A stretch of 64,000 nucleotides of DNA, taken from contig CP068257.2 in the NCBI GenBank assembly GCA_009914755.4, positions 28,512,001 to 28,576,000 on the forward strand, given 5' to 3'. This DNA comes from the human T2T-CHM13v2.0 reference genome, Homo sapiens. Both the position numbers and the translations under genes were made by a program. This document shows, piece after piece, positions 11,370-23,585 of the stretch (position 1 is the stretch's first letter; the number at the start of each line of letters is the position of its first letter). The notes below the pieces were generated by a model, which ran no database searches, was not told the origin of the DNA, and was given only the letters and a program-made list of their open reading frames with translations.

Positions 11370-14300
11370 GATGGAAGAAGCTGCAAATGATTAGTAGCTA
11401 ATTGTAGTCTATCAAAATAGAGGAGATAGGGTGATGGAGGGTGGCTTGGAGAAGGCAGGGCTTAGGAAAGCAATGAAGCCACCAAAAGTATGCTTCAGAT
11501 TTCAGGTAAACATGTGTGATTGATGGGACATGAGAAAACTTGAGTACAGTTGTGTATACACGAAGTAGTTATGTATCATTGTAAAGAGAGAGTTGAAGAA
11601 GAAAAAGTAAGAGAGATGAAAGATAATTGAAAGTATATCAAAAAGCCTGTGAGCTCTAATAAAGGAAGTGAAATGATAATAACCACAGCTGGAGGTGAGA
11701 ATCCATGCTTCTGTCTATGAAACATGGAAGAGAGGGATTCACAAGATGAGAAGAGGGGAAAGAGGTCTGTCTCAGTAAGCCAGGCAATTAGCCATTGGGT
11801 TAAAGTTTGTGAGTGTAAATAGGAAAGGGATAGGTGTTCAGTAATGTTTTAGAGCATAATGAGCAAGAATAGAGAAGGTAAGAACCATAGCAGGAGGCAT
11901 CTAAAGAGATGTTAGGTGAACACATGATTTATCATCCAAAATTGGATTTTTGAGAGAAAAAGAGTGCTATTAATTATTGCTCCAGGAAAACAGGAGCTAA
12001 GCCAGTATCTACATACAGTTATCTGTGTCTTAGAAGACCAAATGAATTGTGACACTTACAAAGGTAAAGAAAAATTGGTAAAATTTTAAGCTTAGAAAAA
12101 CATAATGAATATGACTTTTGCTAAAGTTTAAGGCCAAAAGGGCACCCAAGTGAAATGCTCTGTGGGTAGAGAAATCAAGAGAACTATAAAGAGCTTACAA
12201 CCTGGATTGCTGGGAGATAATAATAGTAATTATATTTTACATTTACATAATGCCTTATGATTAAAATACTTTCACAGGCACTGCCTCATTTTATCCTTAC
12301 AGTAGCCCTTCCAGGTAGAGAGACTGGTTACTATCCTCCTTATATGGGGAGAAAGAGTGCTACATAGAAGACAGCACGCTCTTTCAAGATGCCTCATTAT
12401 GGCTGGCAGGTGCAGTGACCTTGCTGTGTATCCCTGGAAAGGTTATATAACCTCTTTGAGCATCAGGTTTTTCTTAACACATAAAAGAAGGGTAATAATG
12501 AGAATTAAATAATCTCTCTCTATATATGTATAGTTTATTTATATGAAATTTAACTTATGTATATATACACACAATGTATATGTCTAGTTACAAGCATGTA
12601 TTGTATATTGGAAAAGTTTATCCCTTTCCACACTCTGTAGATGAGAAAGCTGAAGTTAAGTTTTGTTGAAAGAGCCACATAATGAACTCAAATCTCCCAG
12701 TCCAGGACTCTTTGTGCTAAGCCATTTGCCGATTACTGGCAGTTGAAATAACAGGAATGAATGAGTTCTCAAAGGAAGTAAGCATATATGTGATCTAGGG
12801 AAGGAATAAAAAAAAATACGTCTCCCAACATCCTAAAGAAAAGAATTCTCAATAATAATTTAAGGAAAAAAATTAAGAAAGGTTCGAAAAACAGTTACAA
12901 GTTTATTGAAACAAATATTGACAATCTTAATGAATCTGACTTTTTTAGAGAAGTAAAAATGGAGGACATTTCAGGAGATGCAGAATGCAATATAAATGGC
13001 AGCTCAAAGCTGGAAGGCAATAGGTCTGAGTTCAAGTTGAGGTTGATGGACTAGAGAAGAGGAGTAATCACTGACGCAAGAGAAGGTGAGTGAAAAGCTG
13101 AAGGGCAGGTCTTTCCTGAGATTGGCTGATTTCAGTCTGGATAATGTCCAATGAATGTAGTGAGGTCTAGATTGAGGTGGGGAGGAGTTAGCCAGACAGG
13201 CTTAACTGCTCTTGGCCTCAGTTTACTCCATGATCCTTTTCAGTCTCACAATTGTATGATTCTGACCAAGTTGTCAGTTCTAGGGAAGAGGGAATGGAAA
13301 AAGGGCTTTATACGTGGCAGTTTTGTCTCCAATGCTTCTGACAATATTCATTACCAGTTAAATACCAGTGTTCTAAGAATTATTTTCCGTATGGTGAACC
13401 TGAATGTCCTTTTTTTCCCTCTGTACTCACTGAAATCCTCTCTTTCTATCACTGCAGTCTCTCCTCTCTCCCTTTTTTGTTTGTTTGCCCTGTTTTCTGG
13501 TTGTACCCTCTATTTATACTTTTAATTCTCCCTTATTATATGCCATCTATTTGTATTCTGAGAATCTGTTTGACAAATTTCTTTCCAGAAAACCCATACC
13601 CACAATTAACCTAGTTATTCAGTGTGTATGGGGGTATTTATTCCCTAAGAAAAGCATTCTTTGTCCCTCAAGCAGCGCAACCATGATAAAATGTCAGATA
13701 CATCTTTATGGTAGTAGGAGTGTTAGCCATTTTGCTATAGTCATGTCCATTTCATAATTTACTTTTTACTTAATATTTTGCTAGTCACTTTTACTAGCCA
13801 ATTCCAAGCTTTACTAATTGTAATCTGAATTCAGACCAAAAGATATTTTTTGTATCAGATTTTGTCCTCAACACTTTCTTAACGGGCAGTGTTTGTCCAT
13901 TAGCTATTTTCTTGGAAATAATCCTGCTAAAAGGATACTAAAAACACAAAACTGCTTAGACCCAGTTAGGAATTGAACTTCTGATTTTCCCCAGATAAGG
14001 TGCTTCATATTATGGTTTACTTATTACTTTCTTTCTTCATTGATTCATCTGTCATTCATTTTCTCAGCAAACAGTTGCCATCTCCTATGTGTAGTGTTTT
14101 GACATGCAATTACTAAACATTTTTTAAACACTGAACTTAATTTTTGTTTCAAGCCTACATGTTAGATACACTTCATCTTACTCTCTGAGAATGCAAAATT
14201 TTCCCAGGGTTGAATCTAAGTTCTGTGGGCCCGTGTCAAACCAAGTCATTGATTTGATATTTAAAATCTTCAGTTGTTCACCTTGGATTCTGCTGAGAAG

Positions 14301-15169
14301 CCCCTATTTCAGGATGATTTTCAGTTGTATCTGTCAAATAAAACCAGGAAAACCAAAATTCTTCTAGATATTAAAATTAGTGGAATTTAATAGAGGGATT
14401 TGCTTACACAGGTTACAGGGAGAGTTATGAAACCGAGGAGAGGACTATGGAACTTCCCGTATACTAACAACAGCAGAAAGCTGCAACTTCCCAGATGATG
14501 AAGGAAAAGGGAGTATTGCCAGACCCAGGAATGGGGTTCACTTGGCAAAAGGCAGAACCTGGGCTTCAGTTGGGCCCTTCTGATAGAGCTGGAGGGTGGA
14601 GTGAGGGAAAGTTTATAGTCCTCTCTGCCTCTGTCCTCCAATCTCTCACCTAGCAGGTGGCAGCTGAACACAGGATCTTGGGAAAACCAGCCTCAGTAGC
14701 CCATCTAGTATACTTGACTCTTGGAGCAAATATACCACTCCTCTGTAAGAGAAGATTTTTTCCAGAATAAGCTTCAAGTTAACATGTTTTTATTATCTAT
14801 ACTTTAATAAACATTTTTATAGACATTACTCTGAAGAAATTCCGGTGCATTCATACAGGTTAGAACCACTTGAGCTAGCTAGCATATAATCTATGCCTCC
14901 CATTTCAGTAGCACAGAAATTGCAAAGACATGGAAACAGAACAGAACTCTGTCATTTTATCATGACTTGAGGGTTTTATTTGTTTTTTAAAAAATTAAAA
15001 CAGTAAAACAGTATGGCTGGAGAAAAATTATTTGAAAATCATGCCTTGCTGAATTGGAATCTGGGAGAAAACTCTTTAACTTTGGCAACAGACCCATGAA
15101 GCCAAGTCCATGTGTGTCAGGGCGCATGGTAGTGTAGATGGCATCTTCTGTCTATTCATTTGTAGCATA

Positions 15170-15375
15170 GATGACATCTCTTTATCTATCATCTATGTGT
15201 CTATCTAATCCTCTATTATCTATCAATCACTATCATTATCTTTCATCTATCAATCAATCCATCAACTGTCTAAATATTATCTATTTATCATATATCTGTC
15301 ATCTGTCTATTAATTGTTTGTCTCTCTGTGTACCTACTATCTATTTATCTACCTATCTGCCTATCCATCTATCTT
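15170..15375. repeat. Degenerate TATC/ATCT-rich simple-repeat region
   Basis: ctatcatctatgtgtctatctaatcctctattatctatcaatc…ctatttatctacctatctgcctatccatctatc. ORF 15171..15377 translates it. Confidence 0.6.
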
Positions 15376-15781
15376 AGTTTGCTAGGGCTCCCATATCACA
15401 AACTGTGTGGCTTAAAGCAACAGAAATTTATAGTCTCACCGGGCTGGAGGTTAGAATTCTGAGATCCAGGTGTCCGCAGGGTTAGTTCCTTCTGAAGGTT
15501 GTGAGGGAAGAAGCTGTTCCAGGCCTCTTTCTCTAGCCTACAGATGACGATCTTCTCCCTATGTGTCTCCACATCACCTTTTCTCTGTACCTGTCTATGT
15601 CCAAATTTCCTCATGTTTTTATAAGAACACCAGTCATATCTAATATCGTACCTTAATAATTTTATTTTAACCTAATTACCTCTATAAAGACCCTATCTCC
15701 AAACACAGTTGCATTTTCATTTATGCAGAGGTGAGATCTTTAACATATAAATGGGGGGAAGGCACAGTTAAGCCCATAACA
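15376..15781 (+). mobile_element. Ancient interspersed repeat, same family as 4117..4640 (probable old L1M-type 3' end)
   Basis: gtttgctagggctcccatatcacaaactgtgtggcttaaagcaacagaaatttatagtctcac…ggaggttagaattctgagatccaggtgtccgcagggttagttccttctgaagg…ataagaacaccagtcatatc…cctctataaagaccctatctccaaacacagttgcattttcat… matches the remembered consensus (…gctagggctgccataacaaagtaccacagactgggtggcttaaacaacagaaatttatt…ggacaccagtcatattggattagggcccaccctaatgacctcat…). Confidence 0.4.
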
Positions 15782-18700
15782 CTACCTACCTCTCTGAAGA
15801 GTAATCACAATGATTGTTCAGAACTTACATCAAGAAATTACATTTTTTTGTTTGTTTTGATGTGGTGTTTTATCACTAACATTAATTAGAAAGGTAAGCA
15901 TGTGAAGATAATAAAGAACAGACCAATATTTAGTAGGTTTTATTATTGCTTTTCTATTATTTACAGAGAGAGCCCCCTCCTATTGCCTGTACCTGGGGAG
16001 GACTACTCTTACCACAAGCTCTTGGCACACACTGCCCAGCCGTGAGCATCAACCTCCACAGGATACAGATTAGACAGAGGAGTGAAGGAGCGGATCTGAA
16101 GGCATGCAGACATGGATGGGCCAGCTGCTTGTCCATGTGCATGACTGCTGTGTCTCATCTAGTCCCAGCCACTAGACCTTTTTGGGTCTGGCATGCTCTG
16201 TGCCCCTCTCGGATGGGTAGGAAATGTTCTTCTGCTCCCATGGCATTCCAGCTGCGGGGAACGTGGCAAGATTATCTTTTAGGCTGTCAGACTAAATACT
16301 TCACAGAGATGTCACTTATCCTCCAGCACTGTGAGGTCACAGGGAATACTTTGTTGACATCCTCAGCTCCACCTGAGTTAGGACACAGATCATTTCTGCC
16401 CTTGGATTCTCGAACCCATCTGAGAGTTTATTATTCCCCTGGGCCCCAGTCCCCAGGAACTGGACTAGGGAGTGGCCACCAGGCTACTCCCAGGGACACA
16501 CTGATATCTAGACCCTCTAAACTCTGCTCCTTATTATTATACCTTCATCCAAGGAAATCATTTTATACTCTTAATCTTAAAGATAACCATGTTATTCTTG
16601 GCCCATGATCTCCTAAGAATCTGGGCTTTTTATACTTAAAGCCAATAACTTTCTTTACATTTCTGAATTCCTTAGTTTCATCTCTTCTCTGGGGGAAGAG
16701 GGGTTGCATAGCAGTTAAACCCTCAAACCATTGCTCTGTATGTATACTGTTTTTTGATCATTCCTCAAGTTATTATTAAATAACAACTTAGTCCTGTTGT
16801 TGAATTCTTGATTTCTGCATGTTAACTATGTGACTTTGGCCAAGTGAGATAACCTTGTATGTCTCAATTCTTTTACTTGGCATGTTTTGGTAACGATATC
16901 TACACTCTCTACAGCACATGGTGGTTACAAAGATCAAAACAGTTTAACAAAATGCTTTTAAATATAGCAAGATTTTTTACAAATGAAAAAGATTATTGGT
17001 GTGCATTTAATTAAATTTGTAAACTGCAGGAGTATTACTCTCTTAAAACATCTTCAACCATGTGTGATTAAATAATATTTTGTGATGTTAACTATTTTTC
17101 TATTTTCTGATGTCAACTATTTTTCTCTTCTTATATTCTCCCTTTTTCCCTGGTCCGCATTCCAGAAGGTGATTAGCAAAGAATTTCACTGAGTATGTAG
17201 AAAAACGGAAGACAAAAGTACCCTTGAAGAGTTTTAGCCTATGCATTTGCTTCTGAAAACCTCTATGAAATTGCACAAGGTTTTTGACAGTGGGGAAGGA
17301 GAAGAAGGGTTACAGAGGCGACATTAGAAACATTTTATTGGGAAGTAGCCATTTTCTCTACCACTGCTTGTGGATAGCTGGTAACCAGGTCAGCAGGTAA
17401 GGTTCCTGGCTATGACTCTGGATAATGGTACCATAGATCATCTCAACACCAGCTATATTGGTATTTTCCAAAGTTCCCCAAGCAATTCTAATATACAGCC
17501 AGGGTTGAAATCTACCGGTTCAAGCAGCCCAGAACAAGAGTCTCAAAAAAAAAGGCCAAGTATGGCAGAATTGACGGAGCTAAGAAGCCTACAAAGACTC
17601 TGTGGGCAGATAAAATAGACAACTTCTCGGATACCTGCAGTTACTGATGACCATGGACTGACCCCGGAAACCACCATGGAACACTGCTTAGCCCTGCATA
17701 AGATCCTAACAACTGTATAATATGTGGGGAAGTACTCAAGAAGTTGAACTTCAGTTAAATTTTAGAAAATAAAGATAAATTTCATGCACGCCGGGGTTTG
17801 TAGTAAGAAATGTGCATTCTTAATGCATCTTTAAATTCCTGGAAAATTAGTAAAATTTATTTTTGGTGTAATTGGAAAAATACTGCAGCAGAGTGGAGCA
17901 GGGAAAAATAATCTTTCCAAAGCTACACATTGATTAATGGAAGGCCAAGCAACAAAAAACTTAGTTCCTGAAATGTTAACACATATTCAATAGCTAATAT
18001 TATCTTATGATTGCACCAAGTGTTATACCTTTTTACTCTTTGATCCTCTGGCTAGCAGAATAACATACTTCCCCATTTAGGCTGAGGAATCCATTCTTGT
18101 AAAGCTAATTACTTCTAGGTGAGCTAAAAGGTAAGAAAAATGATTCTATGACAACTTATTTGTCTGTAAAAGAAAAATGACTCTTTTCCAACATACCCAA
18201 TATTAGGCCTTTCTGAATCAAGTCTGATTAAAAAAATCAATCTTAGGAAAAATTCACCTTAATCACTATTTTTCTTATTTTTATTGCTAATCTTTGAAGA
18301 TATTTACACTTGTGTGATCTTATCATTTAATATTACCAGTGTTTTAAATACAGTTTTATATTACCAGGGGCTTCACCTACTGACGTCTTGCTGGTGGTTT
18401 GTAGAACGGAGTGAAGGTTGGATATTCACATCCAGGCTTGAGATAGCCCTGATTTAATGTTTCAGAGTTACTAAGTGATCTTGTGAGGACAGAAATTTAT
18501 TCTAATTGACCCTACAGCTAAATATATCAACATCATTGTAATCTATTTTATTTTATTACCATAAGGATGAAGATGCAATAAATTTTTGGTGAGCAAATTC
18601 AAGCTTCTCATTGCAATTATATACTCAAAATTAAATACATTTTTATTACAAAATAAGCACAATATTTGAAGAGTTAAAACTGAACATGTAAGCACTGATT

Positions 18701-19511
18701 GATTCACAAGATCTAAAAGCTATTCAGAAGCAACCCATAGGGGTGATCTTGCCTCATAAACACTCCCCACTCACTCTCACCCCACATGACCCACCACACT
18801 TTTAACCCTGATATTGATATGGGAAATGAAGAACTGAGAAAATCATGTGTGTAATTCAAGCAAAACAAAAAAACCTTCACCATACCTATTTGTTTAGTAG
18901 AGAATACAAAAAAGGTATTTATCTTAGCCTGACTAATTGTCTGAATCATTACCTTGATTCTTCGAATTGCTTAGCATGTTTATACCTGTGCAATGACTAA
19001 AGAATAAAACAAAGAAAAGAAACCATTCCCTTCAATGCCCAAACTGCAATTTTCTATTTGGGACCATATAACCTCTAGATAAGAATTGAGTGTTAATAGC
19101 CTCCCATTGATGTGTCTTATCAAGATAGATGCTTCTGTTTGCTTGACGTGCAGATGGTAGGCTATGAAAAATGTTAGTTTTCATTTATAAATTATTTTCC
19201 TTTAAACAGTAATTCTAGGCAAGTTTAACTGTATAAATTAGAGACCTTAAAATCTGTCTTCTTAATTGTCCTAAGAGAAATCAGAGCTCTCTTTTCACTA
19301 AAGTGTCTAATTTTTATTGTGTGAGTTCCTAAAGGAACAAAGCCTTTCATTAGATGGACATTTTCGTCTAATTCAACTAACGATTATTGTTTGATATCTA
19401 CAATTTTCCATGATAATCTTTTTAAAAAGGTCACCATTTAGTTGTTAGTATGTAGTACAAGAAACAATGTAGAGGAAAAATAATAGGTTACATTTTAGAA
19501 TAGGTATATGT

Positions 19512-19517
19512 TTTATT
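19512..19517 (-). terminator. CLDN17: Candidate CLDN17 polyadenylation signal (AATAAA on the minus strand), about 355 nt downstream of the stop
   Basis: Plus strand tttatt within tatatgttttattgttatag. It is compatible with a single-exon mRNA of about 1.2 kb if the TSS is near 20755. Other AT-rich hexamers nearby are also possible. Confidence 0.3.
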
Positions 19518-19870
19518 GTTATAGAATATCAATTTCAACTTTAGATTCTTATCAGATAATACATGATGGTCAAAAAGTAATAAGTAGTCCATCATTGTAC
19601 ACTTGCTAATGATTATGGGTATACTTGAATTTAGAATATGAAAATTGGAGCAGCGATTGGGTCCAACAATAGTCAATGCATTTAATACACCTGAAGTCAG
19701 AATGTCCAAGTAAGTCATTTTCATTCCTACCACCAGTAACAAATTGAAACTTTCGTATCAATGTAAATCTAGACATAAAGCAAGTTCTCCTGCCTCACAT
19801 ACTTACAGTTTCTAGCAGGACTTTATAAAAAACATTGACCATAGTCCATACTTGGAGCCAAAAGGAGGCA

Positions 19871-20545
19871 TTAGACATAACTGGTGGAGGTCTTACTAAG
19901 CATTGTCGTATTTCTTCGCTTATCTGTGTGTGGCACACGGTAGCCAGGCACTGGATATCTGTACCCTTGCTTCTTTCTGTTGCAGCAGCAAAATCCACAA
20001 AGCAGACCCCCTCCAATGAAGAGGACAGCAGCGCTTGCCCAGCCAAGGAAAAGTGCTGCTCCCAGCTCTCGTTTCTGACCTATGTGGATGGCTGGGTTGT
20101 AGAAATCTCTGATGATTATATTGGCTGTCCAGCTCACCGGAATCAGAACGAAGATGCCCGTCAGGATGAAGAGGACTCCTGAAGTTCCCAGAAGGTATGC
20201 TTTGGCCCTCTCGTTAGAGCCTGTGCACTGGACCTGCTTCATGCCACAGATGCCAATAAGCAGGGCGATCAAGGAGAGAGCAACAGCCACACACATGAGG
20301 GCCCGGGCTGTTTCCAGGGCAGGCGGGAGAGCCAACAAGGAGCTATAGAACTTGCATTGCAACCGGACCCTGGCTTGTCGGATGCAATTCATCCAGAGCC
20401 CTTCCCAGAGCCTCTCAAAGACAATAATGTTGCTGCCAACAAAAGCTGATACTCTCCACTGAGGCAGAAGGGTTGTGGCAAGAGTCCCCACCATGCCAAG
20501 GAACCCAAGAACCAGCCCAGCAATTTGCAAGGGATAAAATGCCAT
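19871..20545 (-). CDS. CLDN17: Claudin-17, a tight-junction tetraspan membrane protein. Complete intronless ORF of 224 aa plus the stop codon
   Basis: The 224-aa ORF reads MAFYPLQIAGLVLGFLGMVGTLATTLLPQWRVSAFVGSNIIVFERLWEGLWMNCIRQARVRLQCKFY…YV. It has the claudin hallmarks: four hydrophobic TM segments, the W-GLW-C-C signature in extracellular loop 1, a cysteine-rich juxtamembrane CCC, and a C-terminal -YV PDZ-binding motif. I recognise it as human CLDN17, which is 224 aa and single-exon. Kozak context is ggcaATGg. The stop TAA is at 19871..19873 (plus-strand tta). Confidence 0.93.
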   Translation of the reverse strand: MAFYPLQIAGLVLGFLGMVGTLATTLLPQWRVSAFVGSNIIVFERLWEGLWMNCIRQARVRLQCKFYSSLLALPPALETARALMCVAVALSLIALLIGICGMKQVQCTGSNERAKAYLLGTSGVLFILTGIFVLIPVSWTANIIIRDFYNPAIHIGQKRELGAALFLGWASAAVLFIGGGLLCGFCCCNRKKQGYRYPVPGYRVPHTDKRRNTTMLSKTSTSYV

Positions 20546-20782
20546 TGCCTTTACTTTGAAGACTGGTTCAATTCGGAGTGGTAGAAGATGCTCAAGATGT
20601 AGAACGTGGAAGCCTTTTGAGTCTAGAGAAGTCTTTGATGATGTTCTCCTTGGCTGCTGCCCATAACGTTTTAGTCCAAATCAGTAGCTGTGACTGAACT
20701 TGGCCTAACTAGAAGTACCTGTTGTAAATGCATGTTGCCTTTTTTCATACACATTCATTTCAGTATGGATTATTTACTAGTC

Positions 20783-20790
20783 ATATATAA
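20783..20790 (-). promoter_or_regulatory. CLDN17: Candidate TATA box of the CLDN17 promoter (TTATATAT on the minus strand), about 240 bp upstream of the ATG
   Basis: Plus strand tcatatataattg at 20781..20793. An inverted CCAAT box (gccaataag, CCAAT at 20802..20806) lies about 15 bp further upstream. The flank is AT-rich with no CpG island. This is inference from motifs only. Confidence 0.3.
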
Positions 20791-22518
20791 TTGTTTCCCA
20801 GCCAATAAGAAGGTAGCTAGGGGTGTGTCAAGAAATACTGCATTCAAGTTTAGGATTTCTCATATTATTATTGCCTTAGCAATGCTGTAATTAAGTGTCA
20901 AAGTTTCTATTGTGGATTGCTAATTACAGAGCTGAAACTTCCTGTGTAAAAATCACTCTGATATAAAAGTATAAATACATGTGTCAAGACACAGCTGAAG
21001 ACAATGCCAAAATGTTGTAAGTTTATTGGGGAGTAATTAAAAAACATTTTGGACTTTATTACTTTATTCTAGTGTAAGTAAGCCACTTTTCCTTAAGATG
21101 GTAATCAATTCTGGCTTTAATAAAGATGCCTCAATAGGGAGAAATATTTAGGTATTAGTTTCAAGACACACGAAAACTGTTGATACTTAGCAGGAGCCCT
21201 AAGCAAGAAATTAACATTTCATAGTTTATTCTTAAGATCCAGAAAAGAAGAAAATAGAGAAGTACTCCTTATAATTAATTTGAATGAACTGTTAATTATT
21301 ACATTAGCTGTTAAGGAACACCTCTCTCTCTATTGAAGTAATGTTTAATATGGAAACTTTCATTCAATGTTTCTTCAATGGCAGCTTGAAATAGATCACA
21401 TTTATTAAAGCCAAACACATACCTTTCATTTTTATGGAACAATATAAAAGTGGCCCTTGAAATAAGCTATGCAGTCACTTAAAATTTAGACGCTAGAGAA
21501 CAATTTAGTGCTGGAAGTTTATCTTCAAGGCCATCAAACTTAAGACCCTTATTTGCCAGATGAACGGGAGGTGTGCAAAGTGTTTGACTGAGACAAGCCA
21601 TGTGGTAACTGATCCAGGAACAAGCCCAGCCCTGTAACTCACTATGCTTACCTCCTCTGTCTGGTCCGATTCAAAAATAGGAAGGAAAGATGCTTTTTCG
21701 AATCTTTTCATATAAGTGGGACTAAACCCAGTAGAAATTTAACACTATCCTTTCTATAGTTTTTCAAATGGTTTTCAAAGGAAGAAAAATTCAACTGAGA
21801 TTATTTCAAAATTCGAGTCAAGTTGTAGCTTTTGACTGCCGCTTTCTTGCCACTCCCTAGAGGCAGTGGGGGGCTTCATGTGGGAGAAGTGGACCCTTTT
21901 CCTTTTTCTTTTACATCCCACTGGCAAGGGATCTATTCTAAGGATGAAAATGTCTCCAAAGCAAGCACGCCAACCACACTCCAGGTGGGAGGCATTACAA
22001 TTTGCAAAATGTCCTCCATTTCAGTCAATTACCGGCCAAAGATTTAATGGCTGGTCCAATGACATCCAGATTTAAAGAGTCCACTCACTGAATTAATGAA
22101 TGTGAAAATCACTGAGTTTTCAAAATGATTGGTCTGAGAACTCCCTCTCTAAGGAATGTGAATCATTGAGCAAACAGATGACTTCTGTGTCGTTAACAGT
22201 TTCCCAACACCGGATTGGATGAAGGGTTTCTTTGGCCCTTTGTTCATGGTTACTGAGACATAGGCTTAACCATTCCCTCCCTGACAGGATTTTCCAGCAT
22301 TACTCTGATTTGTTACTTCTGGGTCCTCTTCCTTGTTCTAGTTCCTCTTCCTCATTCTACTTCAGTTTTATTCCTATGTTCATTTTGTCCTGGAAGTTTC
22401 CAGTGTTTTTTTCCAATTATTTGCTTTCTCATCAGCTAGAGCATATTATCTGTATTATAAGTGAGAACACATGTTTGTTTAAGATATGGAGATACCTCCT
22501 AAATATAAAAATAATCTG

Positions 22519-22882
<364 letters not shown>

Positions 22883-23096
22883 TTAAAAACATTTTAACCT
22901 TCTCTCCTTTGTATTTAGGGGAAGATACTGCTTTCCTCTCCAACCTTTCTATGAATCTTATCCCCTTCTACCTCATCAGTGGGACTTGCTCTATTGATCA
23001 TTCCCTCCTTTCATTGTACTGACACCTTCTCCCTCTCTCTGAGGTGTCCCTTAGAAAATAAACATACTCAATTTTCTTCTGTTTTAAAACTCCATC

Positions 23097-23585
23097 TTGG
23101 TACATATACATCATGGAGTACTATGCAGCCATATACAATAATTACATCCTGTCATTTACAGCAACATGGATGCAGCTGGAGGCCATTATCCTAAGTGAAT
23201 TAATACAGGAACAGAAAACCAAATTTCACATGTTCTCATTTGTAAGTGGGAGCTAAACATCAGGTACATGTAGAGATAAAGATGACAACAACAGACACTG
23301 GGGACTGCTAGAGAGGGAAGGGAAGAGGCAGAAAAGGGTTGAAAAGCCAACGATTGGGTACTATGCGCACTGTCTGGGTGATGGGATCATTCACACCCAG
23401 ATCTCAGCATCAGTAAACGACTTACACATGTGCCACCTCCACCTCCAGGGTTCAAATGATTCTCCTGCCTCAGCCTCCCTGGTAGCTGGGACTACAGGTG
23501 TGTGCCATCTGTAAAATAAAAGTTGAAGTTATAAAAATGTAAGAGAAATGAATAAAAATAATAAAATAAAATAAAATGAAATTTC
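23097..23585 (+). mobile_element. L1 LINE 3' end (end of ORF2 plus 3'UTR, sense) with an embedded ~90-bp Alu-like antisense segment (23417..23507) and an A-rich tail
   Basis: ggtacatatacatcatggagtactatgcagccatatacaat…catggatgcagctggaggccattatcctaagtgaattaatacaggaacagaaaaccaaatttcacatgttctcatttgtaagtgggagctaaacat matches the L1 consensus (…CACCATGGAATACTATGCAGCCATAAAAAA…CGCATGTTCTCACTCATAGGTGGGAATTGAACAATGAG…). Then ctccagggttcaaatgattctcctgcctcagcctccctggtagctgggactacaggtgtgtgcc is Alu antisense. A tail of aaaataaaataaaat repeats ends at about 23585. Confidence 0.7.

Noticed and set aside
17086-17130. 18-bp near-perfect direct repeat gatgttaactatttttct / gatgtcaactatttttct
   Set aside because: It is a tiny local tandem duplication in AT-rich sequence with no flanking structure suggesting a mobile element or regulatory module.
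19835-20348. Plus-strand ORFs 19835..20182 (115 aa) and 20112..20348 (78 aa) overlapping CLDN17
   Set aside because: They are antisense read-through of a GC-balanced coding region. There is no motif, and both lie entirely within the opposite strand of the claudin CDS.
23417-23507. Separate Alu insertion inside the L1 3' end
   Set aside because: It is only about 90 bp of Alu-like antisense sequence with no tail or TSDs. It is treated as part of the L1 3' region annotation, possibly an old fragment or chimeric tail, rather than called as an independent element.
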